Below, piece after piece: positions 25,591 to 40,718 of a DNA stretch of 64,000 nucleotides. The first letter of the stretch is position 1. Each line of letters begins with the position of its first letter. The translations under genes and the position numbers were made by a program. Below the pieces are notes generated by a model that made no database searches, had not been told where the DNA came from, and was given only the letters and a program-made list of their open reading frames with translations. The stretch spans positions 1,922,001-1,986,000 of the forward strand of contig NW_026782097.1 of assembly GCF_031769215.1 (NCBI RefSeq), in the 5' to 3' direction. This stretch comes from Ylistrum balloti. Taxonomy: Eukaryota.

Positions 25591-26528
25591 TAAGGAAGAT
25601 TAGTGATATCAAAAATAGCATTTATCTTTTTTAAAAAACACACACAATCGCATGGGTTTGTCAACTTTTGTTTACTATGGATTTTTTATAAAGGGAGATG
25701 CAGTGTGATATGCCTATTCATAATTTGACGTTTAGGCCATTAGGGAACGCGCCTATATGATATAACTCGGAAGATAGGACCATGTCATTTTGGTGTATCA
25801 TTCAAACCAAGGCAGCCCTAAGGCATAATCAAGAAATCTGAACAGGCCTGTACGTCTAAGCAGGCACATAATCAATTTAAATAATCCCGTTTTTGACAGA
25901 AAACGAATGAATAAACAGCGATAGAACATGGCTGTTCTCAAAGGAAGGGACAATTGAATTGTGTAGAATATAATGGTCTGGGTATTGGACATGTACGTAA
26001 CAACACATCTTTACCGACGCTTGCTTTTTATAAGTAACAACCGACAGAGGTCTCTAGGTCACCTTAGCCATACTTCAAGGACAGAAATTGTTTAACAACG
26101 TGGAGAGGTGAATTTAGAGTACTTACGTATTTTCATAGTTTCAACGCAAGCGATATGATATATTTTTGGTACTCTTCTAAACATTATTACAAAGAATAAT
26201 GTCAAAAGTCTAGAAAAGCGTGGAAGATACTGCAAGCGACATTAAAATATTTAAATTTAAACAAGACGAGACACTGACTGCATTGCAACGATATTGCGAG
26301 AGAATAAGACACCCAACCAGACACACTAAAAAAGAACAACTACGTGTATTTAGATGCCAGAACACTAGAGGTTTGGAGAGTAAACTATATGAAACATAAT
26401 TATATTACAGTGAAAGTTGCGTGGGAAATAATTACCTATATTAGATTGCCAGTACCAGATGAGTCAGGTAACATCAACAACAAGTCAGAAAGAAGAGACA
26501 TTAAACATATCACAGTGGTCATATGTTT

Positions 26529-27190
26529 TACAATGACAATACTAGATGTGACACCGATCTATTACAATGACAATACTAGATGTGACACCGATCTATTACA
26601 ATGACAATACTAGATGTGACACCGATCTATTACAATGACAATACTAGATGTTACACCGATCTATTACAATGACAATACTAGATGTGACACCGATCTATTA
26701 CAATGACAATACTAGATGTGACACCGATCTATGACAGTGACAATACTAGATGTGACACCGATCTATTACAATGACAATACTAGATGTTACACCGATCTAT
26801 TACAGTGACAATAATAGATGTTACACCGATCTATTACAGTGACAATAATAGATGTTACACCGATCTATTACAATGACAATACTAGATGTGACACCGATCT
26901 ATTACAATGACAATACTAGATGTTACACTGATATATTACAGTGACAATACTAGATGTGACACCGATCTATTACAATGACAATACTAGATGTGACACCGAT
27001 CTATTACAGTGACAATACTAGATGTGACACCGATCTATTACAGTGACAAAACTGGATGTGACACCGATCTATTACAGTGACAATACTAGATGTGACACCG
27101 ATCTATTACAATGACAATACTAGATGTTACACCGATATATTACAATGGCAATAATAGATGCGACACCGATATGTTACAATGACAGTACTA
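26529..27190. repeat. 34-bp minisatellite (ACAATGACAATACTAGATGTGACACCGATCTATT), ~19 copies
   Basis: ACAATGA recurs at 26530 and 26564 onward. Confidence 0.95.
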
Positions 27191-27519
27191 GCAGAGACAT
27201 GCAGTTAGATGAAACACACAAGGATCAAATTATATGATAAATCCTATTCGACACAGTAATACATTTACCTATGTCACAATGCTAATATACCCTATCTTTT
27301 GCCTCGACCTTATCATAAAATTCATATGAAATGAAAATTCTCGGTCTTTTCCTACAGCGACAGGAACATCAAGATTTATGATAGGCATACTTTCCATTTC
27401 CTAGTTTTTAATGTCCCATTTCCGAATTACAAAATTTCTCTGCATCCCCAATCTGTTGTGTTTACATGTTGCATTTTATAGTAATCTAGGGCCTGTTCCC
27501 TTTATCAAGATTTTTGTAC

Positions 27520-27880
27520 AATAAGTCGTCAACTGAGGGACAAACTTTTAACACAGAGATCAAAAGATGCAGATGGCTGAAAATTATGGAGAAATTCGTC
27601 AGAATGATCTTATTAAGGAACATTATATTTTGATTAGCTATACATCTGGATGTGTTTGATGCTCGTTTAGCAGTTGGTTTCATTGTTGTATGGTTTGTTC
27701 TCATTTAAGAACGTTACATAACTTACTTGAATTAACCAAGGTTTATATCGCGGGTGTCGTCGATGAAATGAAAGTCGCTTACTCTTCCGGTATTCCTGGA
27801 TATATTCTCCTTGTACTTTTCTGGAGTCTCTTTTAAACATTCTAGGATTATGATTATGTTGACATATTTGTATTTTTTTA
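27520..27880 (+). mobile_element. Penelope-like element 3' end (RT tail + terminal repeat)
   Basis: AAACTTTTAACACAG (KLLTQ) tail, GTTTGATGCTCGTT word, ACTTGAATTAACCAAG...GTCGCTTACTCTTCCGG...GGATTATGATTATGTTGAC. Confidence 0.7.
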
Positions 27881-27893
27881 TCTATTTATTTTC

Positions 27894-27938
27894 GTAAATA
27901 ATCTCTATTTCGTCCTTATAGGACTCATCATTTATTGC
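27894..27938 (-). ncRNA. Degenerate hammerhead ribozyme motif
   Basis: Minus strand reads GCAATAA ATGATGA GTCC TATAA GGAC GAAA TAGAG ATT: perfect stem II and GAAA, but C3>A and the cleavage triplet is lost. Confidence 0.55.
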
Positions 27939-29439
27939 TATGACAACAGAATTAAAATATGGAAAAGCATATTGGGAACAAATAAAGATATATTTCACTA
28001 AAATATTTAACAACTTTTAATGTATATATATATATACATTGCTTACTATGTTGACGTATAATTTTTTAGCTAATACCACAATATTACAGGCTGGTTTTGC
28101 ACACGGGATAGACACGTCTGTCATTAAACGAGTGACTAAAGCAAGCCTTAGATTTCTTGCGGAGATATCGAACTGAGATCATACATCTGTTGGAGGTTGT
28201 TTCTGAGAACATCCTGATAACCCACGTAAGCAATTAGCAATCACTCAGAAGAACAACTACAATTCCTTTGCGTGAAAAGTGTTCTTTTCTCTCTTCAACA
28301 TACCCATCTCGCTCAAAATCTCCCAATTTAAAGCCATGAAAATGTAGCTTTGTTTTTTAATGCTTCTAAATGATAGATTTGTTGTCGGCGGTCCACTTAC
28401 TGATCACAGAACGGAGTCACCACAAGGTCATCCAGAGGTCACAGAGGAGAGAAATGAAACCTTTATGTAGCCTGCTAGTCTTGCCGCTTGTACATGGCTT
28501 GTCTTATTACTGTCTGATTATTACCTACAGGAAGACCGATTTCTTGCCTGGCCCAGACAGCTCACATTCACATCCCGAGGACCGTGGCAAGTTGACAGTT
28601 GATAAAGAGTATTCTGTTTGTCACAGATACCTAGGAAAAGAAATACAACATATTGGATGTACATGTTATCTGTTTCTAAGCATTCTAGATTATCTGAAAG
28701 ATGTTGGTCTATATGATAGACTATGACGTATCATCTTAATCTTTTGTGATGGTATATCCATTTGACACTGTTAACATTTGTCTTCCACCTTTTAATTTGT
28801 TTAATGTTATTTCCTTTATGGATCGCTGTTTTGTTCGGTTGATGGCCCTTATAACGTTTTATGTTTTGACAGGCCGTTAAGAATGTCATAATTTGTATCT
28901 AAGCAATCTAAACGGGTATCGTTATGCAATTGCATATATCTACTTTACTGTAATTACAATCATCAAAAGTAGTGCAATTTTAAAGACGATATCAATTATC
29001 ATAAGAGAAATAATCCACCACCATTGAACTGTGGTTGTATATAGAAAAGCGTCTGATAAGCCAAGTGTAACAAGACGTGAAAATATGAATATTAATCAAT
29101 CATGATTCTAAATTATGTATTCTAGCTTAAGACAATTATTATAATCACATCATTCACATTAAAAATGCTATTATAGCAAAGGTTCGACCTGTTTTCATTT
29201 TGTAGTTTTATTGTCAGTTTTTCTTAAAAAAGATGAGATGAACATTTTAGCGTAATGGCTGTAATGTGATAAAATGTTAACACACTTGTATATGTATACA
29301 TGACAAACATACATATTTTTTTGAAGTTATGAATTCATTGGGTTATTGATGTGTATATTTTATGAATTTGAATAATTGTGGATAATATTTTATATAGCGT
29401 TAGATAAGGTAGTGTATGTTTAGGATGAAAGTAAAGGGA

Positions 29440-30102
29440 TGTAAGCGGGGTTACTGGTCACTGTTGTATCGGTGTGAAATTATAGTGTTTGTATCACTGT
29501 TGTATGTGAAATTATAGTGTTGTAAGTCACGAAATTATAGTGTTGTAAGCGGGGTTACTGGTCACTGTTGTGTCGGTGAAATTATAGTTTTGTAAGCGGG
29601 GTTATTGCTCACTGTTGCATCTGTGTGAAATTATAGAGTTGTAAGCGGGGTTAATGGTCACTGTTGTATTGGTGTGAAATTATAGAGTTGTAAGCGGGGT
29701 TACTGGTCACTATTGTATCGGCGTGAAATAATAGTGTTGTAAGCGGGGTTACTGGTCACTGTTGTATCGGTGAAATTATAGTGTTGTAAGCGGGGTTACT
29801 GGTCACTGTTGTATCGGTGTGAAATTATAGTGTTGTAAGCGGGGTTACTGGTCACTGTTGTATCGGTGTGAAATTATAGTGTTGTAAGCGGGGTTACTGG
29901 TCACTGTTGTATCGGTGTGAAATTATAGTGTTGTAAGCGGGGTTACTGGTCACTGTTGTATCGGTGTGAAATTATAGTGTTGTAAGCGGGGTTACTGGTC
30001 ACTGTTGTATCTGTGAAATTATAGTGTTGTAAGCGGGGTTACTGGTCACTGTTGTATCGGTGAAATTATAGTGTTGTAAGCGGGGTTACTGGTCACTGTT
30101 GG
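29440..30102. repeat. 47/49-bp minisatellite (GTGAAATTATAGTGTTGTAAGCGGGGTTACTGGTCACTGTTGTATCGGT), ~13 copies
   Basis: GAAATTATAG recurs at 29821 and 29870; 47-bp variants lack one GT. Confidence 0.95.
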
Positions 30103-30113
30103 TTATCTTCGGT

Positions 30114-30365
30114 ACTGATCATAACGTTTAGTTGCAAATGCAATGTGTTAGTTGTCGGGGTTACTGGTCTTTAACGTGTTTTGAATGTTTTTTTCCCAAT
30201 ATTTGTTAATGGTCACTGTTGTATTGGTGTATTTTGATACTATCTGCGTGAAATTATATGTGCCTAGTAAGCGGTTATCTTTACTGATCATAACGTTTAG
30301 TGCAAATGCAATGTGTTAGTTGTCAGTCTTCAACGTGTTTTGAATGTTTTTTTCCCACAATATTT
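30114..30365. repeat. ~90-bp direct duplication flanking the satellite (30114-30205 vs 30284-30365)
   Basis: ACTGATCATAACGTTTAG(T)TGCAAATGCAATGTGTTAGTTGTC...AACGTGTTTTGAATGTTTTTTTCCC occurs twice. Confidence 0.8.
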
Positions 30366-33300
30366 GAGTATTTTGATACGAGTTTTTTTTTCTCACACGC
30401 AACCTTACTTGAAGCGTGCTTGACTACATCAATTTTGCATGATTATGAAAAAATTATCGGGATGTACATACAAATAATAGGTTTCACCATGTAACCTTGA
30501 ACTTGAGATGAAACTGTCTTGTTTATGTCGTTCACTGATGTAGATGTTGTATACTATATACAGTACGAGTATGTATTACATACGACTCGCTGCAATAAAT
30601 AAGTAAATAAATGATATGAAATGCAATGAATATAGAGATGCTTGACGGCAATGGAATGCTTTTAAAAAAAGATCCACGTATGTCGATATCTACACATCGA
30701 GGTATACCGGCGCTATCTGATAACACCTAAAACGTAGAGGTTTCTTCCTCAGTTCAGCACTTTTGGTGCATATTATAAACCATATTAACATTATACTCAC
30801 CAGCGTTTGACGTTCCACATCATTATATCTCTAGTAGCATTAACCAACATTGTGAACAGAATATTTGACCTTTCCCTGTACAAGTAGCGCAGCTCATATC
30901 TTACATCTGGTATAACTGCATACCACACATATTTACATTACGTTCAGATTAAAAAAATTGAGTATGGAACAACAAAATATTACTTGGTGATTGCCTATCC
31001 GTGTTCTTCGTATTTATGAATGTTGATGCTGGTCCTGCCTTGCAAATATACAGGATCTTTTCAACTTGATTTCGCATATTTGCACGCATTTCTTAACTAA
31101 TGTGAAAAAGTAGTATCATCCAGGCGTGTAAAAAAGTAATATTTTTCTTATAAATATAAAAATTGTTGTCGATATTTTGTTATTCGTTAAACAGCAAAAC
31201 CGAATAAAGGATACGTTAATGATATGATAAGGACTATTTTTATTAAAGGACACATGTTGCTATGTCTTATGAATGGTGGATTGTTCAAATTGTCCTTCCT
31301 TGAATTCTTCTCATTTTTCATTTGTAGGTTTCCTTTAATCCCCTTAAATTTCAAATGTAGGCTCTCCTTAATACGTGTACAATGAACACAATTATCTACT
31401 GTCAGTTTGGGACTGATCCAAGACTTAAATGCACGACTGGCGGCCATTTTGGATTTTCACAGTACAGTAAAATAGTTTCTTACTTTTAATGTATGTACTG
31501 GTAGTGTTTTCCTGATTTATGAATTGGACGATGAGGCGATGAAAGGCTTTCTGTTATATTGCTACTCCTGACCTTGCAGTTCTGACCTTTTCTTGTTTTA
31601 GAAGGCCTTAAGAATCTATTGAATCGAACAATATACTGTTAAGTCTAACCTTTTTAAAAATGTTTAGGTTTTGGGGGGTATAACTGGCCTCATTTTTTCC
31701 CTTGTTTGTCCATCAGTGGACCGATCTGGTTATATTTGGAATTGTGTGATTATTTTAAGACTCTGGAGACTTTATGTAGCCTTTGTTGTTGTATGAATTA
31801 TGTATGTGTGTATTTTTGTCTCTGGCTTTGCATAGTTCTTGAAACCTAGTGGGGTTACTTAAGACATTGTATATTTATTATCATCTGTTTGGATGTATAT
31901 GTTTTATTGTTGTTAGTTAATACCCTGGTTATCTTTGTGTTTGTTGCTGCAGTACGATTCCCCCACCTGTTGTTGTTTTTAAAGGCACGATCAGTACTAG
32001 GGATGCACGCGTCCTGAGATATTGATGAACTTAGCGTGTAAGTCTATAAACCTGTACAAGTGAAAACATATCAAAATATGCAATGCATGTGCGATGTGTG
32101 GTCGGTGAGGGATATAGATACAAACAAAGTACCACCTACTGAGATAACAATTCTTGTAATTGTCCGTATCACTATATTCAATTAAAGCAAAATACCGCCT
32201 ACCTTGTAACTCTGTAAATCGATCCGGTCGGTGTAGGGTTCCTGCAGATTAATCAACTTAGACCAATACTGTTCTACAAAACGACATCATAATATCTATG
32301 GTCTAACGATGTTGTGTAAGGGTCTAGTAATAATAGGAGTATCTGTATATACGCAATTGTTACTCCTGTCTGATCTCTTATCGTGTAAAAGGGGCTGTCG
32401 GGACCGGAATTAAGGTATCATCTGGAACGGCGTCTTTCGCATGCAGCGAATACATTCTACGAGATTAAGACACCACCGTTGAAGTATGTAGTATACTTCA
32501 AACGAATTACACCTAGAATTGTTTAAATGATTTAAGACACATTATTTTAGTTTGGACAGGCAGCCACTGATATGACAAGATATATGAGAGCATTGGATGT
32601 GATTCCTGGATGATATCATCAGTAATTACGTTAGATTTTTAACTTTTCATGCCGAAAAAGAAAATACTCACGAATGAGGTATACATATATAAACTAGATT
32701 AGGTTTTCTTTTATTGGTCAATATTTTTGCATATTGTATAACACCAAGTGTTGCTTATATAATATCCGTTTACTCACTCTGATTCTTACGATTTGAAATT
32801 CACATGAACTATTGACCTTCTCACTTAACATCAGCATCATGATATCTTACTCAAAACTTCATTGCATTACTGCCTCTTCACTGACTCATTTATTCGTTTT
32901 TTTATGAATTTTATTACGTTGATGTCCCTGTCACAATCACAATGGATATCTTTTCTAACTTTTCCATTCTTTTAACAAATATCACCAACTCTGTTTCTCG
33001 CACATATTTCTCCGTAATATATATATATATTTTTTTATCATCACTGAATGAACGGTAACTGCCGCTTCCCTATTCACTGACATATCCTACTTTTAAAGAG
33101 AAATACAGGTACCTCCATAGTTTAAAGCAATACCATGTATCGAATTAACGGTTCCTGAAGTCATAAACACTGTAAGACTTCTCTTTTTTTTCACTGCATT
33201 TTCTCTCTCACACTCTTGGTATATATTTGTTGACACTGTCGCAGCAGTTATTTCGTAATATTTTATCGATAATATTATATTACCTCTTTTCGTTCTAAAA

Positions 33301-35944
33301 GAATTGCTTAAAAGAAAAAAGGAAAAGCGCTTACTTTTTTGTAATTTTTTTTTACTGATAACAGTTTTATGCGTTAATTTGCCAAAAAGTGATAATGCGC
33401 TAGAGTTTAATAGACCGAATGAAGTAAGTTTACAGTAGATGTCTGGTGTTCCATCGCTGACTGTACTTCGCTACACTTACGTAATACGTAAACATACGAT
33501 AAAGTACCGGGAAGCTGATATTGTTGTATATAACAGTGTCGAAACCCATTCACGAACGTGGAAATGATGATCTCTAGTTAACCCGAACCTAAACCAGCGG
33601 AAATACAGAGAGTGGCTCTAGACTTCTTACAAATTATACCATCATGTATGCAACACACACACGGTAAATACCGAAAAGCAGAAGTTGTCACTTTCTATTC
33701 GTCAAGACATTTTACCTCACAGGTACTAAAATCCCGAAATGGGATGCCGTCTATCATTTTTGAAATCCGGGTTTTGACATTTCTTTTATAAATTGCTGAA
33801 CCCTAAAGAACAATCGTTGCTATATCAACAGCGTTTTAGAACTAATGGCATTTCTTGTATCACAAATGACCTTCGCATGGAGATTTGAAATTGATTAAGA
33901 CATTAAAGTCGCGTGGTGCAAAAATTGCATCAGTCTAAAGAAAACGCTTGACTTCAAGGTCGGAGTGGATGATGACAGGTGATAAGAGAGCCCGTCTACA
34001 TCAACAGAACGCTTGACTGTAAGCTGATTTCGGAGAGATATCGTATCACAGAGGATTAAAAGAGATTTGATTTTTGTTAGTTTGCACCCATTAATAACAC
34101 TACAAGGCGGTATACTTTAAAGAAGACAGATCCCACCTACGGGAGGTCGGGCACAATATAAATAAAGAAGAAGATTGAAGATTAAATTTAGACCACATAT
34201 TGAAGTCATATCCGGTTTGTATTGTTCATGGTTGAATGGCAACAAAAAGTCATTAAATTGTAGAACAGATTTTGTTTCTCTTGTCATATTTTGTAGATAT
34301 GACTGGAAATTCCTATCATTAAAACCTTCCTAGAGAGCTTTGTTACTTCATTGAAATCGCATTTGCATTCAAGTTGGTTTTAGATACTGATATAAGTGAA
34401 GTGCAGCTCTTTTCGTCTGTCACTACACTGTATGCCACATGGTGTTTATTTAGCGCATGCCTTGCAAACCTTGAGTACATATTCCAACAGAGTGAGTTGT
34501 ATGTAATTTATCTTATCGTACAAGTGATGTTTTCCACAAGAATGGAGAATATTTAATTGTTTTCCTTTTAAAAATATGCACAATGTATATACGTGTATTT
34601 AAAAAGCATGATGAAAAATAGATAATTTTCACGAGTAGGAAACACGAGGGAAATGTTTAGACAGCAACTGTCGTACGATTAAAATTCATTGTAAAAATAG
34701 TATTCAGTGTAAAACGATAAGTTATTCTTTGAATAACATTCTGTGCCAGCAAAAGCATGGTAGTTAATGAATTTCATAACGAAATCATATTTTCATTGCA
34801 ATTATGATAAGAAATATTATCATTGTGATAATGTGAATTTTCCATTGATGATATTTTCTGGTCATTGCATTGCAACCCGGCGATTTTGCTGTTCGAACAC
34901 AGATAAGGTGAAGGTTCAATAAGTTTTTATCTCACCTTTCCTGTGAGCATTTCACTTTTTTTCTATTTCGATATATACATGTAAAACAGATATGTAATCG
35001 ATATTTACCAAATAACGGTATAAAATGATACAATACAACATAAAGAAACATGTTCCTAACGCCGTCTTCTTGTCGCCAAGCATAACGTCAAACATTCTGA
35101 TAACAAAAAACGCAATAACATTTCCTGAACTTTTTTCAACTGTTTAGTTCATGTTTTGTTTCCTGTTTTTAATCCTTTTCCTAGACAAAAAGAAAACATA
35201 TTGGTTTCCCATTAAAAAGAAATTCTTGGCATAATACTATCGCTCTGACTAGGAAACAAATATGCATGCTCCATACTGATCAAAATAGGTAAATGAAGAG
35301 CCGTTGTAATCGGGAAACTAAAGATAAATCGATAACAGAATGATAAAAGTTAAAGCACCTCCAGTAATGATATCAGATACAAGTTTTATCAAATTCATAT
35401 TTGTTTGATATCCTAGAGCAAAATAATGCAATACTTCATTGTGTGATTTAAATCGTGGTCAATCCAAGTATGAAATGACACATTCCTAAATGAGAACTTG
35501 GTAAACAACAAGGAAACCTATTAACGGGCGTCAAACATGTACACCGCTTAGTTAAACGAAATGCTTTTCCGAGGGACCCTTATAACGACTCCATCTTCCC
35601 CCATCCTTTTCATTAACCTGCATCTCACTAAACCCTCTGTTGTGAGTCAGTTGCCAACATCTTGCACAAAAATCGTGATATCGTGATAAACAAGTCCTTG
35701 AATATCGAACAAAGTGTCACATGTAAACGTCACAGGTTGGGGATGCAGGAATGTTGCTCTCCAGAGATGAAATATATACAACGGGCAAACTGAAAACCAA
35801 TGTATTCGTTTTATCTGATCTCTTCTCCAGTACTTGTGTTCAAACTTTATTTTATAGATTCTTGAAAAATGTGTTCATAAAATGTTGCCTAAACCACGTA
35901 TCTTATTTAACATATTTCCCCCCTTAAATGCGAATGGATTTCAG

Positions 35945-36115
35945 TTTAGAAAGCAGAATTATGTCGTTGAAGCAGAATACGCTTACTCTTCCGGAATACC
36001 TAGTCTTATTCTCCTTGTACCTTTTCAGGAGTCTCTGTGTAAATCTTTCTTCTGTTCATATTTTGCCATAGTTTGTATTGAGTTTGAATTATGAATATGT
36101 TGCCATGTTGGTTTG
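35945..36115 (+). mobile_element. Penelope-like element 3' terminal repeat fragment
   Basis: GTCGTTGAAGCAGAATACGCTTACTCTTCCGGAATACC...TTTTCAGGAGTCTC...GAGTTTGAATTATGA matches 25420-25570. Confidence 0.7.
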
Positions 36116-39100
36116 TTGAAAGACAGCTGGATATCTATTGTAAAAGACATTACGCCTCCAATTGAATGTATGTGTCATATAATAAGGAGAAAAAAGCAAA
36201 ATGGGTTTCTAAAAAAAGGAATGGTTTGAAAATGGACTCTAGTTGGGATACAGATATGCGGTCATTTTGTAGCAAAAAAAGACAGCTCTCTATTTGCCTA
36301 AATTACAATCGATGTAAGTGTCATATTAAAGGGGAAAAGTACATAATATTGACATTATCATGCCATATATGATACGATTTAGTAAAGAAATATGCTTCAT
36401 GATATCACCAGAGAAAGAAAGGGAATCATAACGATGACATTTGTTAGGAAAAAATATAGGTGGAACAGGTAAGTATCAAATTAACCAGTATCCGCATAGC
36501 AGCAAATCTACCTGAAAATTGTACCACCTCGGCCAATCCGATCAATAAGGCTGCGGAAACAAAGCTAAAACATCGTGATTAATCCAACTACACAGAATAG
36601 CTAAAACAGATAGGATTAACGCCATGTACTGTAATCTGCAGCGAAGAACAAGAGACGAAAATAACCTGATGTGACTTCTAACCATAGTTTATCCAAAGTT
36701 TACACGAGAAAAAAGCAAGACGAACGCGTGTAATATGCAGTACTGCGTTGTGTAAATGCATCTAATCCTACTTCGGGTTGCTTTACATGCAGAAGTCGAA
36801 GAAAGTTACTATCAATAGATCGGTACAAAGGTTTCAGTGAATGATGAGTGTACGTAAAGTAGAATAACTCTGTCTTTGTTAGTGTATGATTAAAGTAATG
36901 CCTTATGAACCTTTCAAATAAAAGTGCCGGCAGTACAGATCTGCTCAGTGCGAACATAATGTGGGTCCCACAACACGACACGTAATGTAAAGCGAAGCCT
37001 TGATGACTTACCAAACCACAGTGAAATATGTGATAAGATGACATAGCCATTAAAATGGACACTGCAGGTGATGCTAGGATGAAAAGAAGTCTTATAGCCG
37101 ATAAGATATCTTCATTAGTTTAGATATATTGGATACGTAAGCATTTTACAGAGATATCGTTCTGGTGGAAATCAATCTGTCGCAAGGTAAAGACGGGTTC
37201 TATCCCGAAGGGCAACAGACCAATTGTGAAGATATAGTCCAAGATAATTGCCTTTACTTTAGAAAACTCTAAACGTGCTTTTGACGCTCACTGTCAGTCT
37301 GGCTCAAGGTATGGAGACTATTGTGTCGAGTACATGAACGTCGTAACAACATGTATAATCCATCATAAGCAAGCAACCTGTCCTTATGTCCGAAACACAG
37401 ATATACCGAGAAATGTCTTCAAGAGATCGATCGACATAGGCACTTGTTATAGTACCATTGCCAGAAATCAGCCTTATTAGTGTAAATAAGGTGAACCTGA
37501 ATGTCGGCCATGGACTAGAAATGTTATGGACAACACAATTTGCAGCTACATGAATCTCTAAGCTACTAATAGTAAATAAAAATTAACATTTATAGATCAA
37601 GATTGAAAATGGGTATATCCGCTAAAATGTCGACAAAAGTAGGATTTTCTATTGGTGAGAATTGAAACATCAGCATGTTTATTACTGTAATAACGTACTT
37701 GTAAGGGATGGTACATGTACTTCAACAAGGATAATAGAAAAAAGAATTGTATATTGACCAATAACTAGGCAGTAGTTGTTATATTGTAAGTAATATTTCA
37801 ACCTCAAATTAATGGATTTAGGTGCAGGTAAAACATCATCCAATAAAGACTGTTAAGATTTACCAATTAAATGATGCCTCGTTACATGAAACCATTGAGC
37901 GATCAGTTCAATTCGATATTTTTTGGCGTTGTCACTAAGGTAGGGATTTCAGAGAAATAGGAATAGCATTGTTCAACTTAACAAACGTACACACGTGAAA
38001 TGAACAAGCGAGTTAACTGGTTCTCTCTTTTATAAATACAAAGCATAAGTCAAGAAGGAACAACCTTCCGATGCTAGCCCTCAATATAACACACATGAAT
38101 AAAAAGACGAAATCGGAGTCACGAAGGGAATGTAGAGTAATTTCTGTTAGAATTTCGAGGAAAAAAAAAAAAAAAAAAAAAAAACGACGGTTTTCAAAAT
38201 ATGTCGGACCTCAGTCTCGTTCGAAAATTACAACGAAACATACAATTACAATACAGTGTATGGTGAAATCAATCAAAATAAGCTCAAAACACATAATTTT
38301 AAGTAATAACACTTTCATTTCTGTATCTTTATGATGATTAACTGTATACATTGCCTATATACATTATTACTCGGCAGTATCCATGACGTCATAACAAAAG
38401 GGACTATGTGCGTAACGTCATAATTTACGTATTAATGTATGTAGATATATATCAATAGAAAAAAATCATTTAAGATGAAGATATGCAACGATTCTTCGGC
38501 GGATAGCACATATCTCTAATAAATGATTGTTCGGAAAGGCGTTAAAATATACCTGCTTAGAAGTTTGATAATATTATGACTTGATATCAAATAACATTTC
38601 AAATTCTATTTACGTGGATTGTTTACAAATAATTAGAAATAGTTCGTGTAAACCCAACAATGCGTTGAAATCTAGGAAACATATTAGATTTCAAGAAAAA
38701 TGAGATAAAGTCTTCCGGAAATAAGATAAAAAAATGTTGATTTGTCAGGAAACCCCAAATACTAAAAAAGTACTTTACCTATTTGAAATCTCCTGTTTAC
38801 CGATCGCGAATAGTGATGTTTTTCATTTATTTTTAACAAAATCTACCCTTAATATATCCATACACAATGTATTTTATCTGCAGATTATAAATATTTTTCA
38901 ATTAAAGATAACATATCCGCTTTGCTTTGTTGGATGTCTTGAAAAAAATGACATGCACATTGCAACGTTGAGATGTTTAAAACAGAGCGACAAAAGAAGA
39001 AGAAATTCCCGAGGAACATTTGAAATAAAACACACACAAACACACTTAAAAAACGTCGTTGGCAACAGGTAAGAAACGAGAAAGACTTCATTCAAATAAG

Positions 39101-40674
39101 CATTTGCGATGTATTTCTTGCATTGGGTACAGCGTTATACTTAGATGATGATGCTTTCAAATTGGAAGCAAGATTAATTTAGTAAACACCATTATCATAT
39201 TGTTACAAATTGGACAAAAAACTCGATGAATTACCGGTCATGCTTGTAATAGAGCACAGCTGAAATGACACGTGATTAACACGCGACGCTCCAAAACAGC
39301 CTTTTGAGTTGTTGCTATTCCCTTTTCGGGAGTATGATATAACATTTAGGGTTCTTGATTACATTAACCAAAATCATGACGTTATTCTATCATGTATGTT
39401 GTGGATGTCATATATACTTTACCTCTGAATGAAAAGATAGTGTTATCTTTGCCGATATCAAACTTAACATTAATAAAAAAAAATCTAAAACGAAAAAAAA
39501 AAAAAAAAAAACGCTTAATGGAAACAGATTAAAAAACATTTTTTTTTATTTAAATGAAATTTTCAGATGAAGTTCTATTAAAATAACAGTACTGTTCGAA
39601 CACATGAATGTCGCCTAGGAAATTATAATGCATTAATAAATAAATAAGTTGTTGCATAAATATTCGCACATTTGTAGGACTTAGTGTTCGGAGGATCTTA
39701 CCATGTTACCTTATAAGGACAAGATGATATAGATGACTTGTACATCACTTACTGATCTCAATTGTCATTTCTTTGGCCTAAGGCAGGAAAAAGTGAAACT
39801 TCTTATTATATCTGCACGAAAACGGACAGAAGTCTCTGCTGAATGCGAAACAGTTTCTACCCATTCATCAAGTGACTTTTATTTACAGATCGGTATTATA
39901 AGACACTTTGCCATTGACCATTAGCTAAAGATATGAAGACAAACATTGATTCCATCTTAGTAAAGTTCGTTTGGTTATGAAATTCGTATTCTGAACCTCA
40001 AAGAAACATCAAAGGGATTTGTCTTCTTGATATGTTTTTAATTTGACGTTGCCTAAAATACAAACGATATTTGTCATAGTTATGTCCTGACAGAAAATAA
40101 ATGACTCTAATAATAGCAAACCACAGATGCTCGCTAAATTACAGATCACAGATGGTTGTAATCTGAAGTGAAATAAAGGCGCGTATTGTCGAATCAATAT
40201 TTTCACATTCACTTCAAAAATCGAGCTGTAATCTTTATCTCGTTACGTATCCATCTGTGTGTGAAATGAAGACAAGCTACCTTGCCGTGAGTCTATTACT
40301 AATGAGATGGAACGACACAACAGCACGTGAAAGTGTAAAGACCACAACAGCTAACATGACATCTCACTGAGCAGGAAAACTTTGGTCTTAAAGGGAATTG
40401 ATCAACAAGTGTTTTTAAAGTAAATATGTAACTAAGAAATGATAGGGACAAACCACAAGAGATTCTACTTACAGTTGCTTTCACTTTCGCATACATGATT
40501 GTCTTTAGATTAATACAAAACCAATGATTTATCTAATTTAGTTGATAAGTGATTCTCTAACAGCGGGTCAACGGGACCGTCCGATAGAACTTTGAATGGT
40601 ACGATTAAGAACATAAACATCTATCTGACAACTTTAATATTTTCTCAGTCCCCTACTTGACTATAAGGTCCTAA

Positions 40675-40718
40675 ACATAACTGACGAATCCTAGAAGGAT
40701 GAAATAACTGCATGAGGA
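40675..40718 (+). ncRNA. Degenerate hammerhead ribozyme motif
   Basis: ACATAA CTGACGA ATCC TAGAA GGAT GAAA TAACT GCA TGAGGA: intact CTGACGA and GAAA, compensated stem II (ATCC/GGAT), but triplet GCA and broken stem I. Confidence 0.65.

Noticed and set aside
25830-25925. NRPV-containing frame (and DRPL at ~28871) as extra nAChR exons
   Set aside because: No other conserved residues, upstream stops, and no matching splice sites.
28370-28726. Other >100-aa ORFs (28370-28726, 36700-37062, 38734-39072, 53449-53799, 62611-62931, 1034-1489)
   Set aside because: No recognisable domain or exon signals; lengths are compatible with chance or TE debris.
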